Shown here: positions 29,001 to 39,681 of the stretch, piece after piece
Layout: each line of letters begins with the position of its first letter
How positions within the stretch are numbered: the first letter of the stretch is position 1
Source: Macrostomum lignano
Lineage: Eukaryota
NCBI GenBank assembly: GCA_002269645.1
Contig: NIVC01003758.1
Span: 34,872 to 78,403, forward strand
Reading direction: 5' to 3'
DNA: 43,532 nt
The notes under the pieces: model-generated
The model's database searches: none
The model's input: the letters and a program-made list of their open reading frames with translations, nothing else
Told to the model about the DNA's origin: nothing
Translations under genes and position numbers: made by a program

Positions 29001-32000
29001 ATCCCTTGGAATCTCTTGGGAAATCCATTGGAATCTCTTTGGAAATCCATGGGAATCTCATTTCACTGACTAGGATGTCACTGACAGGGATGTCACTGGC
29101 TCACCTCCCGTAGAGTGCGCACCCCCACCATGTCGACGTAGCACCACGGCGAGCAGTCTAGTACGACGGTGTGAACCGGCTCCTCAGGCGGCGCTGCACC
29201 TTTAGCTGGTTGGCCCATCGTCTGGCCATCGCGTCCCAGTCGAATCACAAAGTCGCCGAACGCCTCGGCGTTGGCGAAATTCAGCGGCGCATTGAATCGC
29301 AGGATAGCCTGTCCTGGCAACGCCTTTGCCGATGGGCAGACCTGCAAATCCTCGTACAAGTCCGTGTCCTCGACTCGACCCAGCACAGCCGCCGAAGGCA
29401 GCTGAGTCCTGAGCACAACAGAGAACAAAGTGACAGCAAAACCGATCACTAAACCAAGTGTCACGTCCAGGACAAGGACTGCCAGGCCGGAGACAACGAA
29501 AACGGCGAAATCAACGCGGGAAACTCGAAAAATACGCGGCAATTCTTTCAGCGGTGACATGACGTTGATAAGCGACACGACTATGATGGAGCCCAGCACG
29601 CAGGTAGGGATGGTCTCGAAGAATGGCCCAATTGCTAGCAGCACTAACAGCATGCCTGAGCAGCTGATGAGGCTGGCGAGCTGGCTCTTCATGCCTACCT
29701 GGGCGGGTGGTTTGACAAAAACTCAACCATTTTGTTTATTTTCAAGCGATTTTATTAAAATATGAATAGGTTTGCAAAACGCTGTGCCTACTGCCAGGTA
29801 TACATATTTACTAAAGTTACGCCACCACCAGCCTCCCAGATCCTCAGTTGCTGGGCTACCAGCCTCCCAGATCCCCGGTTGCTGGGCCAGCCTCCCAGAT
29901 CCCCAGTTGCTGGGCCAGCCTGCCAGATCCCCAGTTGCTGGGCCAGCCTGCCAGATCCGCAGCTGCTGGGCCAGCCTCCCAGATCCCCAGCTGCTGGGCC
30001 AGCCTGCCAGATCCCCGGTTGCTGGGCCAGCCTCCCAGATCCCCGGTTGCTGGGCTAGCCTCCCAGCTCCCCAGCTGCTGGACCAGCCTCCCAGATCCCC
30101 TGCTGCTGGGTCAGCCTCCCAGATCCCCAGTTGCTGGGCCGCCGCAGGCTCACCGACACCACCACAGAGTTCCTGGCCAGAGCTCCGCAGGCGAAGAAGC
30201 ACTGGAAGAAGCTGGACACCAGACTGCTGACTCCCAGTATGGCGAAATCCTCATTGAAATCGTAGCTGTACTGAAACTCCAGGCAGTACATCTTGGCCAG
30301 GGACATTGTGACCACGCCGCCAACCAGCCCAACCGGGATGGCCGCTGGGAGCATCGCTGGCAGGAAGCCAAAATCCGGAACCAGCGGAGATGGCAGACCG
30401 CGTGGCACCTCGCCAACAATGGCCACTTGGAGTTTTTCGTTAAATTTGGCAAACTTTGAGACTAGCAGACTGATAACAATCATGATGAGTTCAATCGGTA
30501 GAGGCACTCTAATCTTCTTTTTAACTCGCGGATTAACGAACTCTTTCACGAGGTAGAGAATGATAATGGAGCCGATCGATATGCCCAGAGTGACGAAGTT
30601 GGTGGACTTGATCACTTTGAACTGGTTGATTAAGCTCTGAGGGTGGATTGGAAATGAGCGCATATTATGCTAATTTTTATTAATTGGACATCTATAGCAT
30701 CAGAACTCCGACATCCATAGAGTCAAATCGAACATCTATAGCGTCAGGAATTGGACATCTATAGCATCAGGAATCGGACATCTATAGCATCAGGAATCGG
30801 ACATCTAAAGCATCAGGAATCGGACATCTATAGCATCACGAACCGGACATCTATAGCATCACGAACCGGACATCTATAGCATCAGGAATCAGACATCTAT
30901 AGCATCAGGAATCGGACATCTATAGCATCAGGAATCAGACATCTATAGCATCAGGAATCGGACATCTATAGCATCAGGAATCGGACATCTATAGCATCAG
31001 GAATCGGACATCTATAGCATCAGGAATCGGATATCTATAGCATCAGGAATCGGACATCTATAGCATCAGGAATCGGATATCTATAGCATCAGGAATCGGA
31101 CATCTATAGCATCAGGAATCGGACATCTATAGCATCAGGAATCGGACATCTATAGCATCAGGAATCGGACATCTATAGCATCAGGAATCGGACATCTATA
31201 GAATCAGGAATCGGACATCTATAGCATCAAGAACCGGACATCTATAGCATCGAGATCGGACATCTATAGCATCAGGAATCGGACATCTATAGCATCAGGA
31301 ATCGGACATCTATAGCATCACGAACCGGACATCTATAGCATCATGAACCGGACATCTATAGCATCATGAACCGGACATCTATAGCATCGGAATCGGACAT
31401 CTATAGCATCAGGAATCGGATATCTATAGCATCAGGAATCGGACATCTATAGCATCAGGAATCGGACATCTATAGCATCAGGAATCGGACATCTATAGCA
31501 TCAGGAATCGGACATCTATAGCATCAAGAACCGGACATCTATAGCATCGAGATCGGACATCTATAGCATCAGGAATCGGACATCTATAGCATCAGGAATC
31601 GGACATCTATAGCATCAGAAACCGGACATCTATAGCATCACGAACCGGACATCTATAGTATCAGGAATCGGACATCTATAGCATCAGGAATCGGACATCC
31701 ATAGCATCAGGAATCGGACATCTATAGCATCACGAACCGGACATCTATAGCATCAGGAATCGGACATCTATAGCATCACGAACCGGACATCTATACCATC
31801 ACGAACCGGACATCTAAAGCATCAGGAATCGGACATCTATAGCATCAGGAATCGGATATCTATAGCATCAGGAATCGGACATCTATAGCATCATGAACCG
31901 GACATCTATAGTATCAGGAATCGGACATCTATAGCATCAGGAATCGGATATCTATAGCATCAGGAATCGGACATCTATAGCATCAGGAATCGGATATCTT

Positions 32001-33093
32001 TAGCATCAGGAATCGGACATCTATAGCATCAGGAATCGGATATCTATAGCATCAGGAATCGGATATCTATAGCATCAGGAATCGGACATCTATAGCATCA
32101 GGAATCGGATATCTATAGCATCAGGAATCGGACATCTATAGCATCAGGAATCGGATATCTATAGCATCAGGAATCGGACATCTATAGCATCAGGAATCGG
32201 ATATCTATAGCATCAGGAATCGGACATCTATAGCATCAGGAATCGGATATCTATAGCATCATGAACCGGACATCTATAGCATCGAAATCGGACATCTATA
32301 GCATCAGAAATAGGACATCTATAGAGTTGGAATTGGGACTTATATAGCAACTCACAGCTACAATCCTGAAGTGACTGTTGCTTCTCTCGGGCTGAATCCC
32401 GAGCAGCAGAGGCAGTTGGCTGACAACAACCTGAACAGCCGCCGCGGCGGTGAATCCCTTCAGCATGGCATCCGACATGTAGCGCATAAAGAATCCCAAG
32501 CGCAGAATCCCGACCGTCAGAATCATAACAGAGGCGGCAAAAGTGCCAACCACGGCAGTTTGCAGCTTGGCATATTCAGCCCCAGTGTAGTTCATCGGTG
32601 CACTAAAGTTACCCGGCATCCGACGTATATAAGCTTCGTAGTTCGCTTCGATCATGTCGGACAATAATAGAGCCATCAGAGAGAATGTACCAATAGACAG
32701 GTGCCTCGATCGGCCGAATATGCCGAATATGAATACGGGAAACAGAGACGTGTACAGACCGTTGATTGGTTTGAGGCTGGCTAGCAGTCCGTAAGCCAGG
32801 CCTTGGGGTATGTGAAACACGCAGGTAGTGAACCCCGCCACAACGTCGGAGAGCAGGTCGGTTCTGCTATACTGATTAAGTCGAAGCAGATTCACTAACG
32901 GCACCAAGTTGAGCAGACGGCTGACCCAGTGCCGACCGGTGCAGCCTCCGCACTGCTGTTTAGCTTCATCGCGAGCAACCTCTAGCAGGGATCGCTTTCG
33001 ACGGAATGTCTCTCGATATTTTGTAGCAAAAGTGCCATAGTCTAGGACTGGTCTGTGCACATGGTAGGTCAGGTCTTCGGTATTGTCCGCCAT
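26040..33093 (-). CDS. SLC26/SulP anion transporter with STAS domain; exons 33093-32356, 30636-30154, 29698-29105, 26312-26040 (695 aa)
   Basis: DVVAGFTTCVFHIPQGLAYGLLA, GLYTS, GFTAAAAVQVVVSQ, GMKSQLAS, and STAS (LRFNAPLNFANA, VVLDCS...VDMVGVRTL, FVSLHDA). All three introns are GTGAG...CAG, phase 0, and join in frame. Confidence 0.92.
26418..29060. repeat. 22-bp satellite (GAAATCCATGGGAATCTCTTTA), ~120 copies, inside SLC26 intron 3
   Basis: Period 22 (27967, 27989); intron 26313-29104. Confidence 0.97.
29826..30140. repeat. 28-bp GC-rich minisatellite (CCAGCCTCCCAGATCCCCAGTTGCTGGG), ~11 copies, inside SLC26 intron 2
   Basis: Direct reading; intron 29699-30153. Confidence 0.95.
30687..32325. 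repeat. 23-bp minisatellite (GGACATCTATAGCATCAGGAATC), ~70 copies, inside SLC26 intron 1
   Basis: Direct reading; intron 30637-32355. Confidence 0.97.
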
Positions 33094-33611
33094 CGGTTGT
33101 CTGAAAGGTATGGGTGCAACGGAGTCGGACGGAAAGTGGCATGAGTTGTTTAATAATGTACGAGTAATTAAATATATAGTACATTTGAAGCTGGATACGA
33201 CTCTGGAAGTCACGCGTCTTAAAGACGTAGATCGAAAACTAAGGACAAGCCGTGTCTTAAAGATGTTGTGTTCTCCGCTTCTTTATTGAATCGAGTTGAA
33301 GTCGTGAGACACAAACTACTGTGAGTTCGAAACTCAATATGAGCCTTGGCTCTCCTATGCGCTTGTGCAAGGAATTCTAAATCTAGCGACTGGAATGACA
33401 ACTGAAATATCAGTTATACAAAATGAGGCCAAGATTAGAGATCGCAAGCGTACGGAGTAAACACACAGAATATTCAAAAAGAAGGATCGTATTTCAAAGT
33501 ATATTTCCGAAACAACAAAAGCACAGAAATGAAACGCGACAAGAAGACGTTGAAATTATATCAATTTCTAGATGTAACACAAGTAGGCACAGGAGTATGT
33601 CAAGCAAGCGA

Positions 33612-34552
33612 AGCAGCCGGACTCACAGACAACAGAATATAAGAGAAAACGATCAACTCGGGTGAATAGCGTCGAGCATGCTTGTCCACATCAACCAGCT
33701 TGAGCTGCTCAGTAATAAAAGCCAGGCAAGACGGCGCACTGCCGTCTGACGGACAATTGTCCTGCTGGAGCAACTGAGACTATCTAGAGCACGTAGCCTC
33801 TTTGTGGTCAACGTGGAATGCATTGGATTCAGTTGCAGACTTCACAAAGCCCATTAAATTTACAAGCTGCGTGGCTGAACTCAGAGTTGAGGACACTGGA
33901 ATGATGTGGCTGTACTGTTTTGGCGATACTGCCCGGCTGCCATAAAAAACTAGGACTTCCAACTTACAATTCACGGCTATGCAACTCTTGAGCATGGGAG
34001 GTAGACCATTAGCTATAAGCATAATGCTGAGAGTGTCTGCTGGTTGATGCGCAGTAAATCCGGACGGCTTCAATTCTCTTTCGAAAACTTAGCGACCTTG
34101 AATTCTTTCACTGGCAAAATAATCCCTCACTTGTTGTTTCACTTGTGCGACATCGATCTCGTGACGCCGTTGCGACAAGATGCGTTTCCTGATCGCGAAG
34201 CTAGTGGAGTTTTTGTGAAATATGATGTCATGCTGGTCGTGCTGTATTGGGTGGGAACTGCATCTTCTCTTAATATTTTTTTTACAAGATTGGCACCTTC
34301 TACGTGTTGTTTCTTTTTCCGATATGCATTGCTGTCCTGATTCTCAGTAATAAAATCTGATTCCGTGCAGTAAAGAGAGCAAATTCGAGTGTGCTTCGAT
34401 GGCTTGAAAGTTGCTTTTCGGGAAATGCTCCTTAACCATTTTTCCAGCAGGTCGTCTCGATTCGGAAACTTGTGGAATGAAATCCTCGCTGACCGTGCCG
34501 TTGCCGACTCGCGGCTGGACTTGCAGCCAAAAACGGCGCATTTATTTGGCAT
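33612..34552 (-). pseudogene. THAP-domain P-element/THAP9-like transposase remnant
   Basis: THAP MPNKCAVFGC...SFHKFP...KWL...RICSLYCTESDF (zinc-binding His replaced by Tyr). At 33719-33612, FITEQLKLVDVDKHARRYSPELIVFSYILLSVSPAA resembles the P-transposase N-terminal HTH region. Confidence 0.75.
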
Positions 34553-34929
34553 GCAGAGGACGCAAAACTTCTGCAGAGGACGCAGAGACTTGGCTTCAGG
34601 AAAGTCAATCTGGCATATTAGTGCTTATAAGCAGACTAAGACAAAATAAGGCGAACGAAGATGATTCTTCTTAGTGGCAGTCTAAGTTGATGCGGCAAAA
34701 AAATCCTATGTCTGTGGCAATCGCAGTAAGCCTTATCTTGTATAAAAAAGTCCTCACCGCTGTTTCAGTTGTCATTCCAGTAGGATTTAGAATTCCCTGT
34801 CTTGTGTATTTTTAGATAGCGACCGCTGGCTTCAAGCTCATACCTGTAGAGCGTGAGTTCCAAAGCATGTCTATGGCTGAACAGAAAAACTTTGTATAAA
34901 GTACATGTAAAAGCACACACACACAACGA

Positions 34930-35630
34930 AAGACATCGATCGAATAGTAAGTCCAAGTCGTGTCTTGAAGACTTCGATCGAATAGTAAGGCCAAGTCGTG
35001 TCTTAAACATGTCGATCGAATAGTAAGGCCAAGTCATGTCTTAAACACTTCGATCGAATAGTAAGGCCAAGTCATGTCTTAAAGACGTAGATCGAAAACT
35101 AAGGACAAGTCGCGTCTTGAAGACGTCGATCGAATAGTAAGGTTAGGTCGCGTCTTGAAGACTTCGATCGAAAGTAAGGCCAAGTTGCGACTTGAAGACT
35201 TCGATCGAAAGTAAGGCCAAGTCGCGTCTGAAGACTTCGATCAAAAATAATGCCAAGTTGCGACTTGAAGACTTCGATCGAAAGTAAGGCCAAGTCGCGT
35301 CTTGAAGACTTCGATCGAAAACAATGCCAAGTCGCGTCTTGAAGACTTCGATCGAAAGTAAGGCCAAGTTGCGACTTGAAGACTTCGATCGAAAGTAAGG
35401 CCAAGTCGCGTCTGAAGACTTCGATCAAAAATAATGCCAAGTTGCGACTTGAAGACTTCGATCGAAAGTAAGGCCAAGTCGCGTCTGAAGACTTCGATCA
35501 AAAATAATGCCAAGTCGCGTCTTGAAGACTTCGATCGAAAGTAAGGCCAAGTCGCGTCTTGAAGACTTCGATCGAAAACAATGCCAAGTCGCGTCTTGAA
35601 GACTTCGATCGAAAGTAAGGCCAAGTCGCG
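34930..35630. repeat. 37-38-bp CpG-rich minisatellite (GAAGACTTCGATCGAAAGTAAGGCCAAGTCGCGTCTT), ~19 copies
   Basis: Head-to-tail units without spacers; internal palindromes TTCGATCGAA and GTCTT-G-AAGAC. Confidence 0.93.
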
Positions 35631-36323
35631 ATCAGCTTTAGTCGAGTAATTTCCAAACTAGAAGATCATTTTTTATGCGTTAGCGAGAACTAAAAGCACT
35701 TACACTGCATGCCGATGACCAAATACTCTTCGGAGTTTTTAGACGCGCTTCACTTTTTCAGCAAAGACCACGCAAGTGTTCTCGCTTTTCAGGTGCGGGA
35801 ATAGCCCAGGTGTTCGCTAAAAAGGTGTACATTAGTCTGGTCTCTCTAGCTACTGTTACATGCTGAAATAATAATCACTTTCCCTACCTATAGATAAGAC
35901 GACTTCTATAGTTGTACACTAAGTTACGATCATTCATTAAGTTACTTCAGTAAAAATAGTGAATACGTAGGTGCAATAAACTGAAAACCAGTTATACACC
36001 CACCGTACAGACAATTAACAACGGCTATTGGTGTCGTAGAAGACCGCTTTTTAGATTTTAAGAGACTAACGGCAGGCGCTCCCTCAACGTGCAATCAGAA
36101 ACCGCGCTCAAAATGCTCACATTGATAAGAAGATCAGTCTGGAATAGGCGTTGCAACCAGTTTGAATCTCATGGCTATCTCTCACTCTCCCCCTCTTCGC
36201 TTCTTTTCTTAAGCGTTTCGTTTGACCTATTTTAGCGTGAAAGGAGCTCCTTTTAATGCTCACAAAAAATTTTAGTCGCATTTTTAGCAAGGAATTTCGT
36301 CGGACAGGCTCCGCGGGGAGATC

Positions 36324-37872
36324 ATGACAACGGCAACTGAATCAGAGGCTGACCTGTTGGAGAGCACTCGATCGGAAACAGTTCCGTTGTTGTCGGACGA
36401 TTTGCACCATCTGTACGGATCTTCAACAACAAGACGGCGAGGCCTGCTTGGTAAGAAGCTGTTTCGCGGTCGCTGCAGTAATTGCTGCAACTCCTGCTGC
36501 AGCGAGCCAACGATGGTAGCGCTGAAGCACCGAGCCGGGAGTTTGTTCCTGCTGCTGTTTCCGTTCTATTCCTTGGTCACTGGCGGAAGCTACTCAAGCA
36601 AAGCTCTGGTGTCGGACCTGCTCGCCGGGTTAACAATGAGCGTCTTTCACATACCGCAAGGCCTAGCCTATGGCTTACTGGCCGGTCTAAGACCCATCAA
36701 CGGCCTGTACACTTCGCTGATACCCGTGGCTCTCTACTCTCTGCTAGGGAGGTCACGTCACTTATCGCTAGGCACTTTCTCGCTGACCTCGCTGCTGCTA
36801 GCGGACATGATCGGGACGACCTATCGTCAGTACATGGACCAGCTTCCAGGCTCTAACAGCACCATAATTAATTGCTCTTTATACTCAGAGGTTGATGAGA
36901 TCAATCTAAATGCCGACTGTTCGAGCGACTCCGATGAGTACTACGGAGGACTCACCGTGGAAGAATACGCTAGACTTCAAGTCGCCGTTTTAGGCAGTTT
37001 TGCGGCATCAGTAATCAACATGGCGCTTGGCACCTTGCAGCTCGGCTTTGTGATGAAGTACGTCTCCAACCCGATGCTTCGCGGCTTTACAACAGCCGCA
37101 GCTGTGCACATCTTCACCAGCCAGGTGCCGATGCTGCTGGGCGTTCAGCCAACTGGCGGCGACAACTTTGTTAAACTGATTGCCAGCTACACCGGAATAA
37201 TTAACGACATCGCGTCGACTAACTGGACAACCGTAATCACCTCCGTAGCGTGCATGGTGCCGCTCTACTTAATGAAAGAGTACCTGAATCCGCGCGTCAA
37301 AAAGTGCATCAAAGTTCCACTGCCAGTTGAACTGCTCATCATTTTATCGGCGCTGGTGGCGTCACACGCGTTGCAATTGCAGTCGCACTTCGGCGTTGAC
37401 GTAGTCGGAACCGTCCCGAGAGGCTTGCCGCTACCGCTAGTACCAGATTTCTCCTTCATGCCAAACGTCCTGCTCCCGTGCCTGCCTGTTAGTTTAGTCG
37501 GCGCGGCCATGTCCCTGTCTATCGGGAAAATGCACGCCCTGCAGTTTGACTATGAAGTTAATTACAATGGAGAGCTCTTTGTACTTGGAACGTCCAGTCT
37601 GTTTGGCAGCTTCTTCCAGTGCTTCTACGCTACTGGCGCGCTGGCTCGATGCGCTGTGGTGGTCGGAGCGGGCATGAAGTCGCAGGTGGCATCAGCAGTG
37701 AGCTGCCTCGTCTTGCTACTGGTTGTGCTAGCAGTTGGCCCGTTGTTCGAAGCCGTTCCCGAATGCGCTCTGGCCTCCGTCATCGTCGTGTCCTTAGTCG
37801 GGTTGTTCAAACAAGTGACCGATATTCCTAAACTGTGGCGCGAAGCCAAGTACCTGGACTTGAGCACATGGC
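36324..37872 (+). pseudogene. Intronless SLC26/SulP paralog, truncated before the last TMs and STAS by element 2
   Basis: DLLAGLTMSVFHIPQGLAYGLLAGL, GFTTAAAVHIFTSQ, GMKSQVAS. The ORF runs into AGTAGT at 37873 and stops at 37875-37877. Confidence 0.9.
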
Positions 37873-38137
37873 AGTAGTAGGTAAAACAACGCTTCTAGAC
37901 CCAGACCACTTTTTTAACAACCGTTTTGAGGGTCTAGAGGGGGGACACGGGGGGGAAATTAAAAAAACACATCTAAACACCCTCCAACACAAAAACACCC
38001 TCCAACACCCCCAAATAACAAAAATCAATAAAAATCATCCCCAACACTTCGAATTTTCCCCCTTGTGTCCCCCCTCTAGACCCTTAAAACGGCCATTAAA
38101 AAAGGGCTGATCTAGAAGCGTTGTTTTACCTACTACT
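37873..38137. repeat. 265-bp fold-back with Polinton termini at both ends
   Basis: AGTAGTAGGTAAAACAACGCTTCTAGA (37873-37899) is the perfect reverse complement of 38111-38137; imperfect arms extend to about 95 bp. Confidence 0.9.
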
Positions 38138-38208
38138 ACATACACCAACCCCTCGCACGCGCCGCAGGCGCGAAGGGTCTTTTTCTGTTACTAAAAATAG
38201 AACAAAAA

Positions 38209-38607
38209 ATGACACACGTTACACATATGCAAAATCTGAATGAATTGCAGGTAGGAGACCCAGTTGAATACCGAGGTGAGGGTCTTTTTGATGTGGTTGG
38301 AACAGCAGCAAACTTCGTTAAAGATAATATGGGTCTTATAGGGCAAGCAGGCTCCGCAGCAGGTTCTATAACAAATGCTGTAAAAGGAGGAATTGAAGCA
38401 GCTAGGGCAGCAGAAGAACTAAAGAAATTGAGAGAATTTAACGACACCCTCTCACAAATAAATGCAATAAAAGATTTAAAGCTGGCACAAGCCGCACAAC
38501 CAACAGAAACCCCCACGAAAAGCACGCCAATAAGTAATAAAGATATTCAGGATTTTAATAAAATGTTAACCACAATTAAAGGCGGAAAAGGATTAAAAAA
38601 ATTTTAA
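38209..38607 (+). CDS. Putative virion core/cement protein with RGEG|LFD and GGKG|L motifs
   Basis: 132 aa; G-x-G followed by an amphipathic LFDVVGTAANFVKDNMGLI segment. Confidence 0.6.
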   Translation: MTHVTHMQNLNELQVGDPVEYRGEGLFDVVGTAANFVKDNMGLIGQAGSAAGSITNAVKGGIEAARAAEELKKLREFNDTLSQINAIKDLKLAQAAQPTETPTKSTPISNKDIQDFNKMLTTIKGGKGLKKF

Positions 38608-38617
38608 CAATATAAAA

Positions 38618-39598
38618 ATGGACTCAGTTAATGACGAAAAACGGCTATATTTTATAGGAGAAATTGTAGACACTTTAGATTTGGATGATAACAAACATAG
38701 CCACACAATGTTAAAAAGATTGGATCGTTTAGGTAAAAAACTTGACTACGATATCGATACATTTAAACTTGCTGCAAAATTTGCACAAGAAGGAAGGCCA
38801 ATATCCTTTAAGAATCGCGGCAGAAATTATAGGCTGACAGACTCCGATGTAAAATTTTTATTGGAGACTCATACTAAAAAAGACGGTGGATTGTTACCTA
38901 TTTTACCAATTCTTTTAGGCCTCGGAGCAGCTGGAGCAGCCGGTTTAGCAGGTAAAAGAATTCATGATAACCGAAAACAGTTAGCAGAATTAAAAGCAAA
39001 ACAGGGAGGCATACTTCCACTTGCAACTTTGTTACCAATAATTTTTGCAGGAATAGGAGCAGCTGGTGGAATAGCAGGTGGCGCAGCTGGAATCACAAAA
39101 GCAGTAAATGATAAAAAAGCTGCGGATGAAAAAGCTAAACGAGATGCTGAATTTCAAAGACAGCAAATAACACAGGACGCACAATTCAAACAGAAACTCA
39201 TTGACACCATTAATAGTAGTTCAGCAACAGCAGAGCAAAAAAGAAATGCAGAAGCTAGGTTAGCAGCTGGAAAAGGTTTACTGTTAAATGGCAGCGGGTT
39301 GGTACTAAAAGGAACAACCCAAGAAAGTGGAGTTGTAGCAGATAAACTACAGGAATTTGGTCAAACTTTAGAAAAAACGGGTGAGAAAGCTAAAGGATTT
39401 TTTGATAATATTGGAGCTAATTTTAGGCCGGCAGTTCAGAAGATTTTTACTAAGTTAGGAAAAGATTTTAACATAATTGAAAAACACGATGGAAGCGGAT
39501 TATATCTCGAAATGCGACCAAAAGCAGGTTCAGGAATTTTCTTAAATTCAAACGTTATGGGCAATGGATTACTGTTACCAAAAGCAGATCTCGAATAG
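38618..39598 (+). CDS. Core polyprotein with two tandem pX-like modules and repeated GxG|hydrophobic motifs
   Basis: DGG|LLPILPILLGLG, QGG|ILPLATLLPIIFAGIG, GKG|LL, GSG|LV, GSG|LY, GSG|IF, GNG|LL. Confidence 0.7.
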   Translation: MDSVNDEKRLYFIGEIVDTLDLDDNKHSHTMLKRLDRLGKKLDYDIDTFKLAAKFAQEGRPISFKNRGRNYRLTDSDVKFLLETHTKKDGGLLPILPILLGLGAAGAAGLAGKRIHDNRKQLAELKAKQGGILPLATLLPIIFAGIGAAGGIAGGAAGITKAVNDKKAADEKAKRDAEFQRQQITQDAQFKQKLIDTINSSSATAEQKRNAEARLAAGKGLLLNGSGLVLKGTTQESGVVADKLQEFGQTLEKTGEKAKGFFDNIGANFRPAVQKIFTKLGKDFNIIEKHDGSGLYLEMRPKAGSGIFLNSNVMGNGLLLPKADLE

Positions 39599-39681
39599 GC
39601 TCCTGGGGGGTGGATCAGGACACCAAAAACGCAAATTAAAAAATAAATAATTCAAATACTATATAAATTTCATTCTATAAA

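Noticed and set aside
27721-29113. ORFs 27721-27975, 27731-28033 and 28829-29113
   Set aside because: Translations of the 22-bp satellite inside an intron.
29723-30459. Several overlapping 98-203-aa ORFs
   Set aside because: Products of the 28-bp GC-rich intronic repeat or antisense to an SLC26 exon.
35099-35624. Repetitive minus-strand ORFs
   Set aside because: Translations of the 37-bp satellite.
34930-35630. 37-bp palindromic repeats resembling a CRISPR array
   Set aside because: Units are head-to-tail with no unique spacers, there are no cas genes, and the context is eukaryotic.
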